NCBI GenBank assembly: GCA_002189035.1
Contig: NEEC01000035.1
Location: forward strand, 31,409 to 95,408
Direction of reading: 5' to 3'
Origin: Utricularia gibba
Taxonomy: Eukaryota; Plantae; Magnoliophyta
DNA length: 64,000 nucleotides
Both the position numbers and the translations under genes were made by a program. Numbering within the stretch: position 1 is the first letter of the stretch; the number at the start of each line of letters is the position of its first letter. Shown piece by piece: positions 1-15,100 of this stretch. A model generated the notes under the pieces. That model was given only the letters and a program-made list of their open reading frames with translations, was not told the origin of the DNA and did not search any database.

Positions 1-3000
1 ATGCCGGGCGCAGCATGACTCATCACGTTTTCAGGATATGGCCTACCGAACGGTGTGCGAGGCCACCTTTGATGCAGGACTGCTTTCGAGGGACACGAGC
101 TTGTTCAGAGAAATAAAACCGGTGTGCGAGAACCATGTTAATGCAGTCGACAACGTTGTTCTCGTCGCCTCGAAAACCCATACGGGTGCCAAAACGAAAT
201 TTACGGCCGATCGAGCTCATCCTCGGACGAAGAAGCTTTCAACACGGAAGCTGACCGGCACGGAAAGGGGTTCGAAACGGTATGCCGGGCGCAGCTGACT
301 CATCACGAGCTTCGTCTGCGCGAAGTACCGTGCCGAGAAAAGAATAGGCCCGAGCATGATGGATTGTTTTCTGGCACGGAACGCTGACTGCGGCACTAGA
401 AGGGGCCATGAAAAGACTCATCGACGGTCAGGATATTACCGAACGCCGAGGCTGAGGCTGTATATCGGGGCAGCTCGAAAATACCGATCGCGATCGTCTG
501 ACCGGCACGTGTGTCGGGCGGGCTGAATATAAGGCGGGATAAAAATCGAAACGATAGAATGCTTTCAACACGGAAGCTGACCGGCACGCGAAACGGTATG
601 TGAGGTTTTCACCGACCTGTTGAGGCTTTAGAGATCGCCTCGAAAACCCATACTTCACGGCCTTAAAATCGCGACCTCGTCATTCTAATCGACGCATCTG
701 TTTTCTAAGGGATGAAAGGCGAACGTCGCGAGCTCGGATGTTCTCTGGCAGCTTAACGATCAATACGGGGCCTGAAAAAAATTCGATCGACGAATGCATC
801 CTCGGACGAAGAAGCTTTCAACACGGAAGCTGACCGGCACGGAAAGGGGTTCGAAACGGTATGCCGGGCGCAGCATGACTCATCACGGTTTTCAGGATAT
901 GGCCGAAATACCGAACGGTGTGCGAGGCCACCATGAGGCTGCAGTAGGTTGTTCAGAGATCGCCTCGAAAACCCATACTTCACGGCCTGAAAAAACAGGC
1001 CGACCATGCGTGTTTTATTGACGCACTTGTTGAGGCAGGGACATTGTTCAGAGATCGCCTCGAAAACCCATACTTCACGTCATCCAATAAAACGCAGATG
1101 TTTTGCAAGAAAATCACAATCGCGTCGATTCTCGTGTTCCGAGTCGCATCGTCGCGAACGTGGTGGCCAATTTGTGGCACATCTGAAGGCTAATAAGGCG
1201 ATAATTCGAGCGATGCATCCTCGGACGAAGAAGCTTTCAACACGGAAGCTTTCGAAACGGTATTCGGACGAAGAACGCTGAGGCCGGTAGAAGGGGCACG
1301 AAAGATAGTCGCAAACGACGGGCTCGACGAGCTTTGATGCATCCTCGGACGAAGAAGCTTTCAACACGGAAGCTGACCGGCACGGAAAGGGGTTCGAAAC
1401 GGTATGTGGACGAGGCCACCATGAGGCTGCAGTACACGGGCTTCAAGAATCGCGAAAACCGAGCATGCATCCTTTTCATGACCGGCACCCGGTATTGGCA
1501 CCCAGATGTTTTCAGAGATCGCCTCGAAAACCCATACTTCACGGTCTTCTCGAAAAACGCGGCCAATTTGTCACATCTGAAGTAAGATAAGGCGATAATT
1601 CGAGCTTGATGCCATCACTCGGACGATAGAATGCATTTCAACACGGAAGCTGACCGGCACGGAAAGGGGTTCGAAACGGTATGCCGGGCGCAGCACTCAT
1701 CACGGTTTTCAGGATATGGCCGAAATACCGAACGGTGTGCGAGGCCACCATGAGGCTGCGGGTAGGATAGGCCTTGTTCAGAGATCGCCTCGAAAACCCA
1801 TACTTCATCATCCAATAAAACGCAGATGTTTCAGCGTCGAAGGTCGATTCTCGAAGTCGCATCGTCGCGAACGTGGTGGCCAATTTGTGGCACATCTGAA
1901 GGCTAAGATAAGGCGATAATTCGAGCTTTGATGCATCCTCGGACGAAGAAGCTTTCAACACGGAAGCTGACCGGCACGGAAAGGGGTTCGAAACGGTATG
2001 CCGGGCGCAGCGAAGACTTTTTTAGGCTGACCGGCCGGAAAGGGGTCGAAACGTGCCGCCGCAGGCTGACAATAGCACACAAATCAGTCCGAGGCCTGAA
2101 GATCGTTACGAACCCATCGTCGTTCTCTCGACTTTCATACGGAAGGCACGAGAAAATACGATCGACGAGCTCGTTTCTTTCTCTGACGACTTCCACCATG
2201 AGGCTTTTGTTCAGAGATAAGGCACCACGAAAAACACAGGCCGAGAATGCGTTTCAACACGGAAGCTTTCGAAACGGTATGCAGGACTCATCATTTTCAC
2301 CGAAACCGAACGGTGTGCGAGGCCACCATGAGGCTGCGGTAGTTGTTCAGAGATCGCCTCGAAAACCCATACTTCACGTCACCAATAAAACGCAGATGTT
2401 TTGCTCACAATCGAAAAAACGAAAACGATAATTCGAGCATGCGTTTCAACACGGAAGCTGACCGGCACGGAAAGGGGTTCGAAACGGTAAGAGCACTTGT
2501 GTGAGGCTTTTGTTCAGAGATCGCCTCGAAAACCCATACTTCACGTCGCCTTCGAAGATCGAACGCCAATTTGTGGCACATCTGAAGGCTAACGATAATT
2601 CGAGCTTTGATGCATCCTCGGACGAAGAAGCTTTCAACACGGAAGCTGACCGGCACGGAAAGGGGTTCGAAACGGTATGCCGGGCGCAGCATGACTCATC
2701 ACGGTTTTCAGGATATGGCCGAAATACCGAACGGTGTGCGAGGCCACCATGAGGCTTTTGTTCAGAGATCGCCTCGAAAACCCATACTTCACGTCACCCA
2801 ATAAAACGCAGGTGATTCTCGTGAGTCGCATCGTCGCGAACGTGGTGGCCAATTTGTGGCACATCTGAAGGCTAAGATAAGGCGATAATTCGAGCGACAT
2901 GTTTTGTCGCACGAAGAACGAACCATGAGGCTGATACGGAAAGGCACTTATAGTCGCAATACTCATCCGAACAATCATTTTATGCGAACGGTTTTCAGGA

Positions 3001-6000
3001 TATGGCCGAGGCGAACCATGAGGCTGTTAGCGGGGCAGCTGAAGATAACGACCCGAAAATGTTTCGAAACGGTAAGCATGACGAGCTTGTTGAGGCTTTT
3101 GTTCAGAGATCGCCTCGAAAACCCATACTTCACGTCAGCAGCTTCAAGAAACCCACATCTCCGAGCTCGATAAAGAAAAGCTCCGAGCTCGGACGAAGAA
3201 GCTTTCTAAAAACGACCGGAAAGTGTTTTATGCCGGGCGCAGCGTGCCATCACGGTTTGGATATTTGTGGACGGTAGGCCACCATGAGGCTGCGGGTAGA
3301 GAAAAACCCATACTTCACGTCAGAGCTCGAAGAATCCATCTTCCCACACGTACGTCGAGCCGTTTTTTCGAAACGGTATTTGCACCGAAATATCGACCAC
3401 CATCTGCGTTTCTCGTCGAGGTCATCGAACGGTCGTGGCCAATTTGTGGCACATCTGAAGGCTAAGATAAGGCGATAATTCGAGCTTTGATAATGCTCTA
3501 TATTCGACTTCTGAGGCAGAGAGAGCCTCGGGCACAAGGAAAGGGAAAACGTGTACACGAAGGCGCGAGCGTGACTCATCTTTTCTTGGCACCGAACCGA
3601 ACCATGAGGCTGCGGGTATTCCGAGGCAGCTGAAGGCAAACACACATCTCCCGTTCAATGCCTTCGAAAATTGACTGCAGCCGAAATTGTTGAGGCTGCG
3701 GGTAGGATTGTTCAGAGATCGCCTCGAAAACCCATACTTCACGTCAGTAATCACAATCGCGTCGATTCTCGAGTCGCATCGTCGCGAACGTGGTGGCCAA
3801 TTTGTGGCACATCTGAAGGCTAATATAAGGCGATAATTCGAGCTCTGATGCATCCTCGGACGAAGATTTCGGAAGCTTTCTCCGTGAGCCGACCGAACGG
3901 TCGATGAGGCTGTTCAGAGATCGCCTCGAAAACCGTGCAGCATGCGTCGAAGATCGTCGCGAACGTGCCAATTTGTGGCACATCTGAAGGCGGCGATAAT
4001 TCGAGCTTGATGCATCCTCGGACGAAGAAGCTTTCAACACGGAAGCTGACCGGCACGGAAAGGGGTTCGAAACGGTATGCCGGGCGCAGCGTGACTCATC
4101 ACGGTTTTCAGGATATCGAAATACCGAACGGTGTGCGAGGCCACCATGAGGCTGCGGGTAGGACACACCAGAGCTTGTTCAGAGATCGCCTCGAAAACCC
4201 ATACTTCACGTCACCCAATAAAACGCAGATGTTTTGCAAGCGAAAATCACAATCGCGTCGATTCTCGTGTTCCGAGTCGCATCGTCGCGAACGTGGTGGC
4301 CAATTTGTGGCACATCTGAAGGCTAAGATAAGGCGATAATTCGAGCTCTGATGCATCCTCGGACGAAGAAGCTTTCAACACGGAAGCTGACCGGCACGGA
4401 AAGGGGTTCGAAACGGTATGCCGGGCGCAGCGTGACTCATCACGGTTTTCAGGATATCGCCGAAATACCGAACGGTGTGCGAGGCCACCATGAGGCTGCG
4501 GGTAGGGACACACCAGAGCTTGTTCAGAGATCGCCTCGAAAACCCATACTTCACGTCACCCAATAAAACGCAGATGTTTTGCAAGGCGAAAATCACAATC
4601 GCGTCGATTCTCGTGTTCCGAGTCGCATCGTCGCGAACGTGGTGGCCAATTTGTGGCACATCTGAAGGCTAAGATAAGGCGATAATTCGAGCTCTGATGC
4701 ATCCTCGGACGAAGAAGCTTTCAACACGGAAGCTGACCGGCACGGGGGGTTCGAAACGGTATGCCGGGCGCAGCGTGACTCATCACGCAGGACCCGAACA
4801 TGAGGCTGCGGGTAGGACAGAGCTTGTTCAGAGATCGCCTCGAAAACCCATACTTCACGTCACCCAATAAAACGCAGATGTTTTGCATCACAATCGCGTC
4901 GAAAAACCCACTCTCGTTTTCGTTTCGAAATCGTCTGGTGGCCAATTTGTGGCACATCTGAAGGCTACGATAAGAGCTCTGATGCATCCTCGGACGATAA
5001 TTTCGCGCTGAGGCCCCTCGCACCATGAATTCTCGTTACTTCACGGCAGATGTTTTGCAAGCGAAAATCACAATCGCGTCGATTCTCGTGTTCCGAGTCG
5101 CATCGTCGCGAACGTGGTGGCCAATTTGTGGCACATCTGAAGGCTAATATAAGGCGATAATTCGAGCTCTGATGCATCCTCGGACGAAGCTTTCGCTTTC
5201 GAAACATGCAAGGACGAACTCTGAGGCTTTTGGAGATCGCCGACCGGCCGGAAAGCGTCGGTGTTCCGAGTCGCAAACGTGGTGGCCAATTTGTGGCACA
5301 TCTGAAGGCTAATATAAGGCGATAATTCGAGCTCTGATGCATCCTCGGACGAAGATGCTTTCAACACGGAAGCTTTCGAAACGGTAAGCGTGACGGATCG
5401 ATTCGAACCATAGCGAGCTCCGAGTCAGCATCACAATCGCGTCGATTCTCGTGTTCCGAGTCGCATCGTCGCGAACGTGGTGGCCAATTTGTGGCACATC
5501 TGAAGGCTAATATAAGGCGATAATTCGAGCTCTGATGCATCCTCGGACGACGGAAGCTGACTTTCGAAACGGTATGCGGGCGCTTGATCACATGAGCAAG
5601 AAAATCACAATCAGCGTCGATGGCAGATTTTTGTCACAATCGCGTCGATTCTCGTGTTCCGAGTCGCATCGTCGCGAACGTGGTGGCCAATTTGTGGCAC
5701 ATCTGAAGGCTAATATAAGGCGATAATTCGAGCTCTGATGCATCCTCGGACGAAGAAGCTTTCAACACGGAAGCTGACCGGCACGGAAAGGGCTCTCGAT
5801 CTTATGAATCAGCGCTCGAAAACCCATACTTCACGTCACGCACTGACAAATACGTGCGACGAATGCGGATCAATTTCGTTTGGAGAGCTTGTTCAGAGAT
5901 CCGTCGAGTGCAGCATGAAAAACACAATCGCGTCGATTCGTGTTCGAAACGATGTCGCATCGAGCGATCGCGAATAAGGGCTAATATAAGGCGATAATTC

Positions 6001-6100
6001 GAGCTCGACCATGCATCCTCGGACGAAGAAGCTTTCAACACGGAAGCTGACCGGCACGGATCCTCGGGTATGCCGGGCGCAGCGTGACTCATCGACGAAT
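1..6100 (+). repeat. 5' domain of type C monomers
   Basis: GAAGAAGCTTTC (HindIII, e.g. 233-238, 6029-6034) replaces GAAGATGCTTTC. The first ~3.5 kb also carries GCAGCATGACTC, GATATGGCC and GAGCTTTGATG, and GCTAAGATAAGG is frequent. Confidence 0.75.
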
Positions 6101-9100
6101 GCAGGATATGATACCCGAACGGTGTGCGAGGCCACCATGAGGCTGCGGGTAGGAACACACGGAGCTTGTTCAGAGATCGCCTCGAAAACCCATACTTCAC
6201 GTCACCCAATAAAACGACAGATGTTTTTTCAGAAATCGGCGTCGATTCTCGAAGTCGCATCGTCGCGAACGTGGTGGCCAATTTGTGGCACATCTGAAGG
6301 CTAATATAAGGCGATAATTCGAGCTCTGATGCATCCTCGGACGAAGATGCGGAAGCTTTCGAAACATGCCAAGCTGTTCTTTCTCTAAGGCACGAGCATA
6401 ATTTGACGATCCAATGAATTTCATTTTCCGTCGCCGAGAAAACCATGAGGCTGCGAGTAGTAGGCCTCGAAGATCGTTCGAGAAGCCCGAGCTCTGATGC
6501 ATCCTCGGACGAAGATGCAACACGTGACCGGCATAAACCCAGAGATCTTCAAGATATCGACGAGATGCCGAACCGAGGCCACCATGAGGCTGCGGGTAGG
6601 AGAGCTTCTCTCGATACACGTCAGTCAAAAAATCGCGTCGAGTGTTCCGAGTCGCATCGTCGCGAACGTGGTGGCCAATTTGTGGCACATCTGAAGGCTA
6701 AGATAAGGCGATAATTCGAGCTCTGATGCATCCTCGGACGAAGATGCTTTCAACACGGAAGCTGACCGGCACGAAACGGTAAGCGTGACTCATCAACGGT
6801 GTGCGAGGCCACCATGAGGCTGCGGGTAGGACACACCCAGAGCTTGTTCAGAGATCGCCTCGAAAACCCATACTTCACGTCATCCAATAAAACGCAGATG
6901 TTTTGCAAGCCGAAAATCACAATCGCGTCGATTCTCGTGTTCCGAGTCGCATCGTCGCGAACGTGGTGGCCAATTTGTGGCACATCTGAAGGCTAATATA
7001 AGGCGACGAGCTTGATGCAACGAAGATGCCTGACCGGCACGGAAATTCGAAACGCTGACGGACGAGGAACCATGAGGCTGCAGGTACGGAAAGGCAGGCA
7101 AGCCGAAAATCACAATCGCGTCGATTCTCGTGTTCCGAATCGTCGCGAACGCCAATTTGTGGCACATCTGAAGGCTAATATAAGGCGATAATTCGAGCTC
7201 TGATGCATCCTCGGACGAAGATGCTTTCAACACGGAAGCTGACCGGCACGGAAAGGGTTTATGTGGCACCGAAATACCGAACGGTGTGCGAGGCCACCAT
7301 GAGGCTGCGGGTAGGGACACCCAGAGCTTGTTCAGAGATCGCCTCGAAAACCCATACTTCACGTCACCAATAAAACGCAGATGTTTTGCAAGGAGTCGAA
7401 GTCGCATCGTCGCGAACGTGGTGGCCAATTTGTGGCACATCTGAAGGCTAAGATAAGGCGATAATTCGAGCTCTGATGCATCCTCGGACGAAGCTGACCG
7501 GCACGGAAAGGGGTTCGAAACGGTATGCCGGGCGCAGCGTGACGCTGCCGAACCGAGGCCACCATGAGGCTGCGGGTAGGAACGAGCAGTCGCCTCGAAA
7601 ACGGTGTGCATGAAATAACGTAATTCGGGCTCGATGAGCTCATCCTCGGAAGATGCTTTCATTTCTATTGACGCGAACGAGGCCACCATGAGGCTGCAGG
7701 TAGAGATCGCCTCGAAAGTCATCCAATAAAACGCAGATGTTTTGCAAGCCGAAAATCACAATCGCGTCGATTCTCGTGTTCCGATCGTTCGCACATCTGA
7801 AGGCTCCCATTCATATTCTAAACGGTGTGCGATGAGGCTGCGGGTTACAGGCCATGCAGAGATCGAACGAATAATCTTAAGGCCAGCTATGCATCCTCGG
7901 ACGAAGATGCCCGGCACGGAAAGGGGTTCGAAACGGTATGCCGGCGCAGCTGACTCATCACGGTTTTCAGGATATCGACCGAACGAGGCCACCATGAGAG
8001 GACACCCAGAGCTTGTTCAGAGATCGCCTCGAAAACGGCAGATGTTTTGCAAGCGAAAATCACAATCGCGTCGATTCTCGTGTTCCGCATCGTCGCGAAC
8101 GTGGTGGCCAATTTGTGGCACATCTGAAGGCTAAGATAAGGCGATAATTCGAGCTCTGATGCATCCTCGGACGAAGATGCTTTCAACACGGAAGCTGACC
8201 GGCACGGAAAGGGGTTCGAAACGGTATGCCGCGCAGCGTGACTCATCACGGTTTTCAGGATGACCGAACGGTGTGCGAACCATGAGGCTGCGGGTAGGAC
8301 ACACCAGAGCTTGTTCAGAGATCGCCTCGAAAACCCATACTTCACGTCACCAATAAAACGCAGATGTTTTGCAAGCCGAAAATCACAATCGCGTCGATTC
8401 TCGTGTTCCGAATCGTCGCGAACGTGGTGGCCAATTTGTGGCACATCTGAAGGCTCGACGAGCTCGATGCATCCTCGGACGAAGATGCTTTCAACACGGA
8501 AGCTGACCGGCACGGAAAGGGGTTCGACGGTATGCTGCGGGTAGGGCAGCGTGAAGGCTAATTCGCGTCGAAGATCGAACGTAATTTGACATCTGAAGGC
8601 TAGGCCGAATGCATCCTCGGACGAAGATGCTTTCAACACGGAAGCTGACCGGCGGACGAAACGGTATGAGAGGGGACCGAAAACCACTTACACGAGCTTG
8701 TTCAGAGATCGCCTCGAAAACCCATACTTCACGTCACCAATAAAACGCAGATGTTTTGCAAGCGAAAATCACAATCGCGTCGAAGTCGCATCGTCGCGAA
8801 CGTGGTGGCCAATTTGTGGCACATCTGAAGGCGATAATTCGAGCTTGATGCATCGTGCGGTGTCGATCTCGTGGTGGCTTTCATCTTCTAAGAAAGGCTA
8901 AAATACCGAACGGTGTGCGAGGCCACCATGAGGCTGAGGACACACCAGAGCTTGTTCAGAGATCGCCTCGAAAACCCATACTTCACGTCACGCAGATGTT
9001 TTGCAAGCTCACAATCGCGTCGATTCTCGTGTTCCGAGTCGCATCGTCGCGAACGTGGTGGCCAATTTGTGGCACATCTGAAGGCTAATATAAGGCGATA

Positions 9101-12100
9101 ATTCGAGCTGATGCATCCTCGGACGAAGCTTTCAACACGGAAGCTGACCGGCACGGAAAGGGGTTCGAAACGGTATGCCGGCGCAGCGTGACTCATCACG
9201 GTTCAGGATATCGCCGAACGGTGTGCGAGGCCACCATGAGCTGCGGGTAGGACACACCTAGACACACCAGAGATCGCCTCGAAAACCCATACTTCACGTC
9301 ACCAATAAAACGCAGATGTTTTGCAAGGCGAAATCACAATCGCGTCGATTCTCGTGTTCCGAGTCGCATCGTCGCGAACGTGGTGGCCAATTTGTGGCAC
9401 ATCTGAAGGCTAATATAAGGCGATAATTCGAGCTCTGATGCATCCTCGGACGAAGATGCTTTCAACACGGAAGCTGACCGGCACGGAAAGGGGTTCGAAA
9501 CGGTATGCCGCGCAGCGTGACTCATCACGGTTTTCAGGATATCGCCGAAATACCGAACGGTGTGCGAGGCCACCATGAGGCTGCGGGTAGGACACATGAG
9601 AGCTTGTTCAGAGATCGCGAAAACCCATATCTTCATCACCCAATAAAACGCAGATGTTTTGTTTTCGAAAATACACAATCGTCCGCGTGTTCCGATCGCA
9701 TCGTCGCGAACGTGGTGGCCAATTTGTGGCACATCTGAAGGCTAATATAAGAGCGATAATTCGCTTGATGCATTTCGACGAAGATCTTTCTGGAGATACC
9801 GGCACAAGGAAAGATTCGAAACGGTATGCCGGGCGCAGAGCGTGACTCATCATTTCGAGGTATATCGACCGAAATTGTGCGAGGCCACCATGAGAGCTGC
9901 CAGGAGACAAGGAGAGGCAACAGAGATCGCCTCGATCCATACTTTCAGAGACCCCAATGTTTTGCAGAGGAAAATCACGTCAGGCGAAAATTCGCGTCGA
10001 TGTTTCCGAGTCGCATCGTCGCGAACGTGGTGGCCAATTTGTGGCACATCTGAAGGCTAATATAAGGCGATAATTCGAGCTCTGATGCATCCTCACGGAC
10101 GAAGATGCTTTCAACACGGAAGCTGACCGGCACGGAAAGGGGTTCGAAACGTATGCCGGGCTCAGTGACTCATCATTTTCAGATATCGAAGAAATGAACG
10201 GTGTGCGAGGCCACCATGAGGCTGCGGGTAGGACACACCCAGAGCTTGTTCAGAGATCGCCTCGAAAAAATACCCATGACTTCACGTCATCAATAAAACG
10301 CAGATGTTTTGCAAGCGAAAATCACAATCGAAAATGTTCCGAGTCGCTCGTCGTGAACGTGGAAAGGGCGCACATCTGAAGGCTTCAAGATAAGGCGATA
10401 ATTCGATAGTCGCATCGTCGCGATGCCAATCACATCGCTACGAAGATGCATTTCAACACGGAAGCTGACCGGCACGGAAAGGGGTTCGAAACGGTATGCC
10501 GGGCGCAGCGTGACTTCTTTTTCAGATACGGTATACCGAACGGTGTGCGAGGCCACCATGAGGCGAGATGCGGGTAGGGACACACCAGAGCTTGTTCAGA
10601 GATCGCCTCGAAAACCCATACTTCACGTCACCCAATAAAACGCAGATGTTTTGCAAGGCGAAAATCACAATCGCGTCGATTCTCGTGTTCCGAGTCGCAT
10701 CGTCGCGAACGTGGTGGCCAATTTGTGGCACATCTGAAGGCTAATATAAGGCGATAATTCGAGCTCTGATGCATCCTCGGACGAAGATGCTTTCAACACG
10801 GAAGCTGACCGGCACGGAAAGGGGTTCGATATGCATCGCCAGATATCATACTCGAAAACCGGCAGATAAAAAGCAGAAATGTTATGCGCGCAGACAATCC
10901 TCGGACGAAGCTTGGTTTTCATCGCGTCCGAAAGGCCACCATCATAGACGTGGTCAGCAGCAAGGCGAATTCACAATCGATCGACATCTGAAGGCTAACG
11001 ATGAGCTCTGATGCATCGGACGAAGATGCTTCCAAAGCTGACCGATTTTGGCACATCTGAAGGTATGCCGAAGTCGCGTCGTAATTCTCTGACTCTGGGA
11101 TAATTCGAAGCTCTGTGCGAAACGGATGAGGCTGCTTAGGACTTGTTCAGAGATCGCATGATTTCATACTCGACGTCCGAGTCGCATCGTCGCGAACGTG
11201 GTGGCCAATTTGTGGCACATCTGAAGTAGGCGATCGCGAGGCGAAGCGAAAATCTGCGGGTCGCGTCACCTCTTGTTCCGAAAACTCACGTCGTCGCGAA
11301 CGCGTCGGTGTTCCGAGTCGCATCGTCGCGAACGTGGTGGCCAATTTGTGGCACATCTGAAGGCTAATATAAGGCGATAATTCGAGCTCTGATGCATCCT
11401 CGGACGCTTTCTGATGCATGCCTGACGGACGTTTTTGTCGAGGCCACCGAGGCTGGGGTAAACACGGGCTAGGAGTTCAGAGATCTTGTTCGAAACGATA
11501 TCGCGAGATGTGCGAAATGAACATACGTTCACGCAAGCAGATGTTCGCGTCGATTCTCGTGTTCCGAGTCGCGAAAATCACAATCGCGAATTCTCGTGGT
11601 CTCGAAAATGTGACGTGGACCCGAATGAAGAGGCTGCAGGATGTTTAAGGCGATAATCACAATCGCGTCGATTCTCGTGTTCCGAGTCGCATCGTCGCGA
11701 ACGTGGTGGCCAATTTGTGGCACATCTGAAGGCTAATATAAGGCGATAATTCGAGCTCTGATGCATCCTCGGACGAAGATGCTTTCAACACGGAAGCTGA
11801 CCGGCACGGAAAGGGGTTCGAAACGGTATGCCGGCGCAGCGTGACTCATCACTTTTCAGATATCGAAATACCGAACGGTGTGCGAGGCCACCATGAGGCT
11901 GCGGGTAGGACACACCCAGAGCTTGTTCAGAGATCGCCTCGAAAACCCATACTTCACGTCATCCAATAAAACGCAGATGTTTTGCAAGCGAAAATCACAA
12001 TCGCGTCGATTCTCGTGTTCCGAGTCGCATCGTCGCGAACGTGGTGGCCAATTTGTGGCACATCTGAAGGCTAATATAAGGCGATAATTCGAGCTCTGAT

Positions 12101-15100
12101 GCATCCTCGGACGAAGATGCTTTCAACACGGAAGCTGACCGGCACGGAAAGGGTTCGAAACGGTATGCCGGCGCAGCGTGACTCATCACGGTTTTCAGGA
12201 TATCGCCGAAATACCGAACGGTGTGCGAGGCCACCATGAGGCTGCGGGTAGGGACACACCCAGAGCTTGTTCAGAGATCGCTCGAAAACCCATACTTCAC
12301 GTCATCCAATAAAACGCAGATCTTTTGCAAGGCGAAAATCACAATCGCGTCGATTCTCGTGTTCCGATTTGCGTGAAAACGTAATGGCCAATCGATGCCG
12401 AACGGTGTGCGAGGCCACCATGAGGCTGCGGGTAGGAGAGCTAGCATAACGTCGCGATAATTCGAGCCGAATCGAACGTGGTGGCCAATTTGTGGCACAT
12501 CTGAAGGCTAATATAAGGCGATAATTCGAGCTCTGATGCATCCTCGGACGAAGATGCTTTCAACACGGAAGCTGACCGGCACGGAAAGGGTTCGAAACGG
12601 TATGCCGAAACACGGTTTTCAGACTATCACCGGCGAATGACGAGGCATACCGAGGCTGGCGGCGAGGGACGAAGAGCTTTCAACACGGAAGCTGACCGGC
12701 ACGGAAAGGGTTCGAAACGGTATGTGACTCAGATATCGATCCGAACGTGTGCGAGGCCACCATGAGGCTGCGGGTAGGGACACACCCAGAGCTTGTTCAG
12801 AGATCGCTCGAAAACCCATACTTCACGTCATCCAATAAAACGCAGATCTTTTGCAAGCGAAAATCACAATCGCGTCGATTCTCGTGTTCCGAAGTCGCGA
12901 ACGTGGTGGCCAATTTGTGGCACATCTGAAGGCTAATATAAGGCGATAATTCGAGCTCTGATGCATCCTCGGACGAAGATGCTTTCAACACGGAAGCTGA
13001 CCGGCATTCGAAACGGTATGCCGGCGCAGCGTGACTCATCGATTTCAGATATCGACGAATAACCGAACCATTGTGTTCCACCCATGTCGCAGCTAAGCCG
13101 GCGTCGATACGCATCGTCGTGGCCAATTTGTGGCACATCTGAAGGCTAATATAAGGCGATAATTCGAGCTCTGATGCATCGGACGAAGATGCTTTCAACA
13201 CGGAAGCTGACCGGCACGGAAAGGGTTCGTACGGAACTCACGATCTGATATGCCGAACGGAAATGAGGCGCAGATTGTTCATCGCCTTAGCCGCAGAAAT
13301 CACAATCGCGTCGATTCTCGTGTTCCGAGTCGCATCGTCGCGAACGTGGTGGCCAATTTGTGGCACATCTGAAGGCTAATAAGGCGATAATTCGAGCTCT
13401 GATGCATCCTCGGACGAAGATGCTTTCAACACGGAAGCTGACCGGCACGGAAAGGGGTTCGAAACGGTATGCCGGCGCAGCGTGACTCATCTTTTCAGGT
13501 ATCGAGGCGAGATTGTTCAGAGATCGCCTCGAAAACCCATACTTCACGTCACCCAATAAAACGCAGATGTTTTGCAAGGGCGAAAATCACAATCTTGCGT
13601 CGATTCTCGTGTTCGACGAGTCGCATCTGTCACGCGAACGTGGTGATGTTTTGCAAGGCGAAAATCACAATCGCGTCGATTCTCGTGTTCCGACATCGTC
13701 GCGAACGTGGTGGCCAATTTGTGGCACATCTGAAGGCTAATAAGGCGATAATTCGAGCTCTGATGCATCCTCGGACGAAGATGCTTTCAACACGGAAGCT
13801 GACCGGCACGGAAAGGGGTTCGAAACGGTATGCCGGCGCAGCGTGACTCATCATCTTCAAGATATCGTGCCGAACGGTGTGCGAGGCCACCATGAGGCTT
13901 AGGGACACACCCAGAGCTTGTTCAGAGATCGCTCGAAAACCCATACTTCACGTCATCGAGATGCAAAACGCGTCCAGAAAAAGAAGGCTAGGCGAAAAGT
14001 ATGCAACGACTTGCGTCAGCTCTCACGTGTTTTTGCAAGGAAAATCACAATCGCGTCGAAGTCGCATCGTCGCGAACGTGGTGGCCAATTTGTGGCACAT
14101 CTGAAGGCTAATAAGGCGATAATTCGAGCTCTGATGCATCCTCGGACGAAGATGCTTTCAACACGGAAGCTGACCGGCACGGAAAGGGGTTCGAAACGGT
14201 ATGCCGGCGCAGCGTGACTCATCACGGTTTTCAGGATATCGCCGAAATACCGAACGGTGTGCGAGGCCACCATGAGGCTGCGGGGACACACCCAGAGCTT
14301 GTTCAGAGATCGCCTCGAAAACCCATACTTCACGTCATAAAAACACAAGCGAAAATCACAATCGCGTCGAAAAACGTGGTGGCCACGAAGGCGATAATTT
14401 CTGATGCATCCTCGGACGCTTTCGAAACCGGCACGGAAAGGGGTTCGAAACGATATCGACAAGATATCGATTCGAACCATGAGGCTGCGGGTGGAACGAG
14501 CTTGTTCAGAGATCGCCTCGAAAACCCATACTTCACGTCACCCAATAAAACGCAGCAAGGCGAAAATCACAATCGCGTCGATTCTCGTGTTCCGAGTCGC
14601 AAACAATTTGTGGCACATCTGAAGGCTAATATAAGGCGATAATTCGAGCTCTGATGCATCCTCGGACGAAGATTTCGCTGACTTCGAAAATGCCGGAACT
14701 CATCACGCACCGACCGAACGGTGTGCGAGGCCACCATGAGGCTGCGGTAGGATTGTTCAGAGAAAAACGGTATCACAATTCGATTCTCGTGTTCCGAGTC
14801 GCATCGTCGCGAACGTGGTGGCCAATTTGTGGCACATCTGAAGGCTAATATAAGGCGATAATTCGAGCTCTGATGCATCCTCGGACGAAGAAGCTGTTTC
14901 CGAAACTCATCGGCGTGTGCGAGGCCACCATGAGGCTGCGGGTAGGAACACACCAGAGCTTGTTCAGAGATCGCCTCGAAAACCCATACACGTCTACTGG
15001 CTCACAATCGCGTCGATTCTCGTGTTCCGAGTCGCATCGTCGCGAACGTGGTGGCCAATTTGTGGCACATCTGAAGGCTAATATAAGGCGATGAGCTGAT

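Noticed and set aside
3321-3331. Possible inverted monomer (CAGAGCTCGAA)
   Set aside because: It is an 11-nt match built on the palindromes GAGCTC and TCGA, and the flanking sequence stays in forward orientation.
9251-13690. Small local duplications (GACACACCTA-GACACACCAG at 9251-9270; ~80 bp at 13565-13690)
   Set aside because: They lie in the scrambled zone, and the first places two alternative alleles side by side, as expected from consensus error. They are not interpretable without reads.
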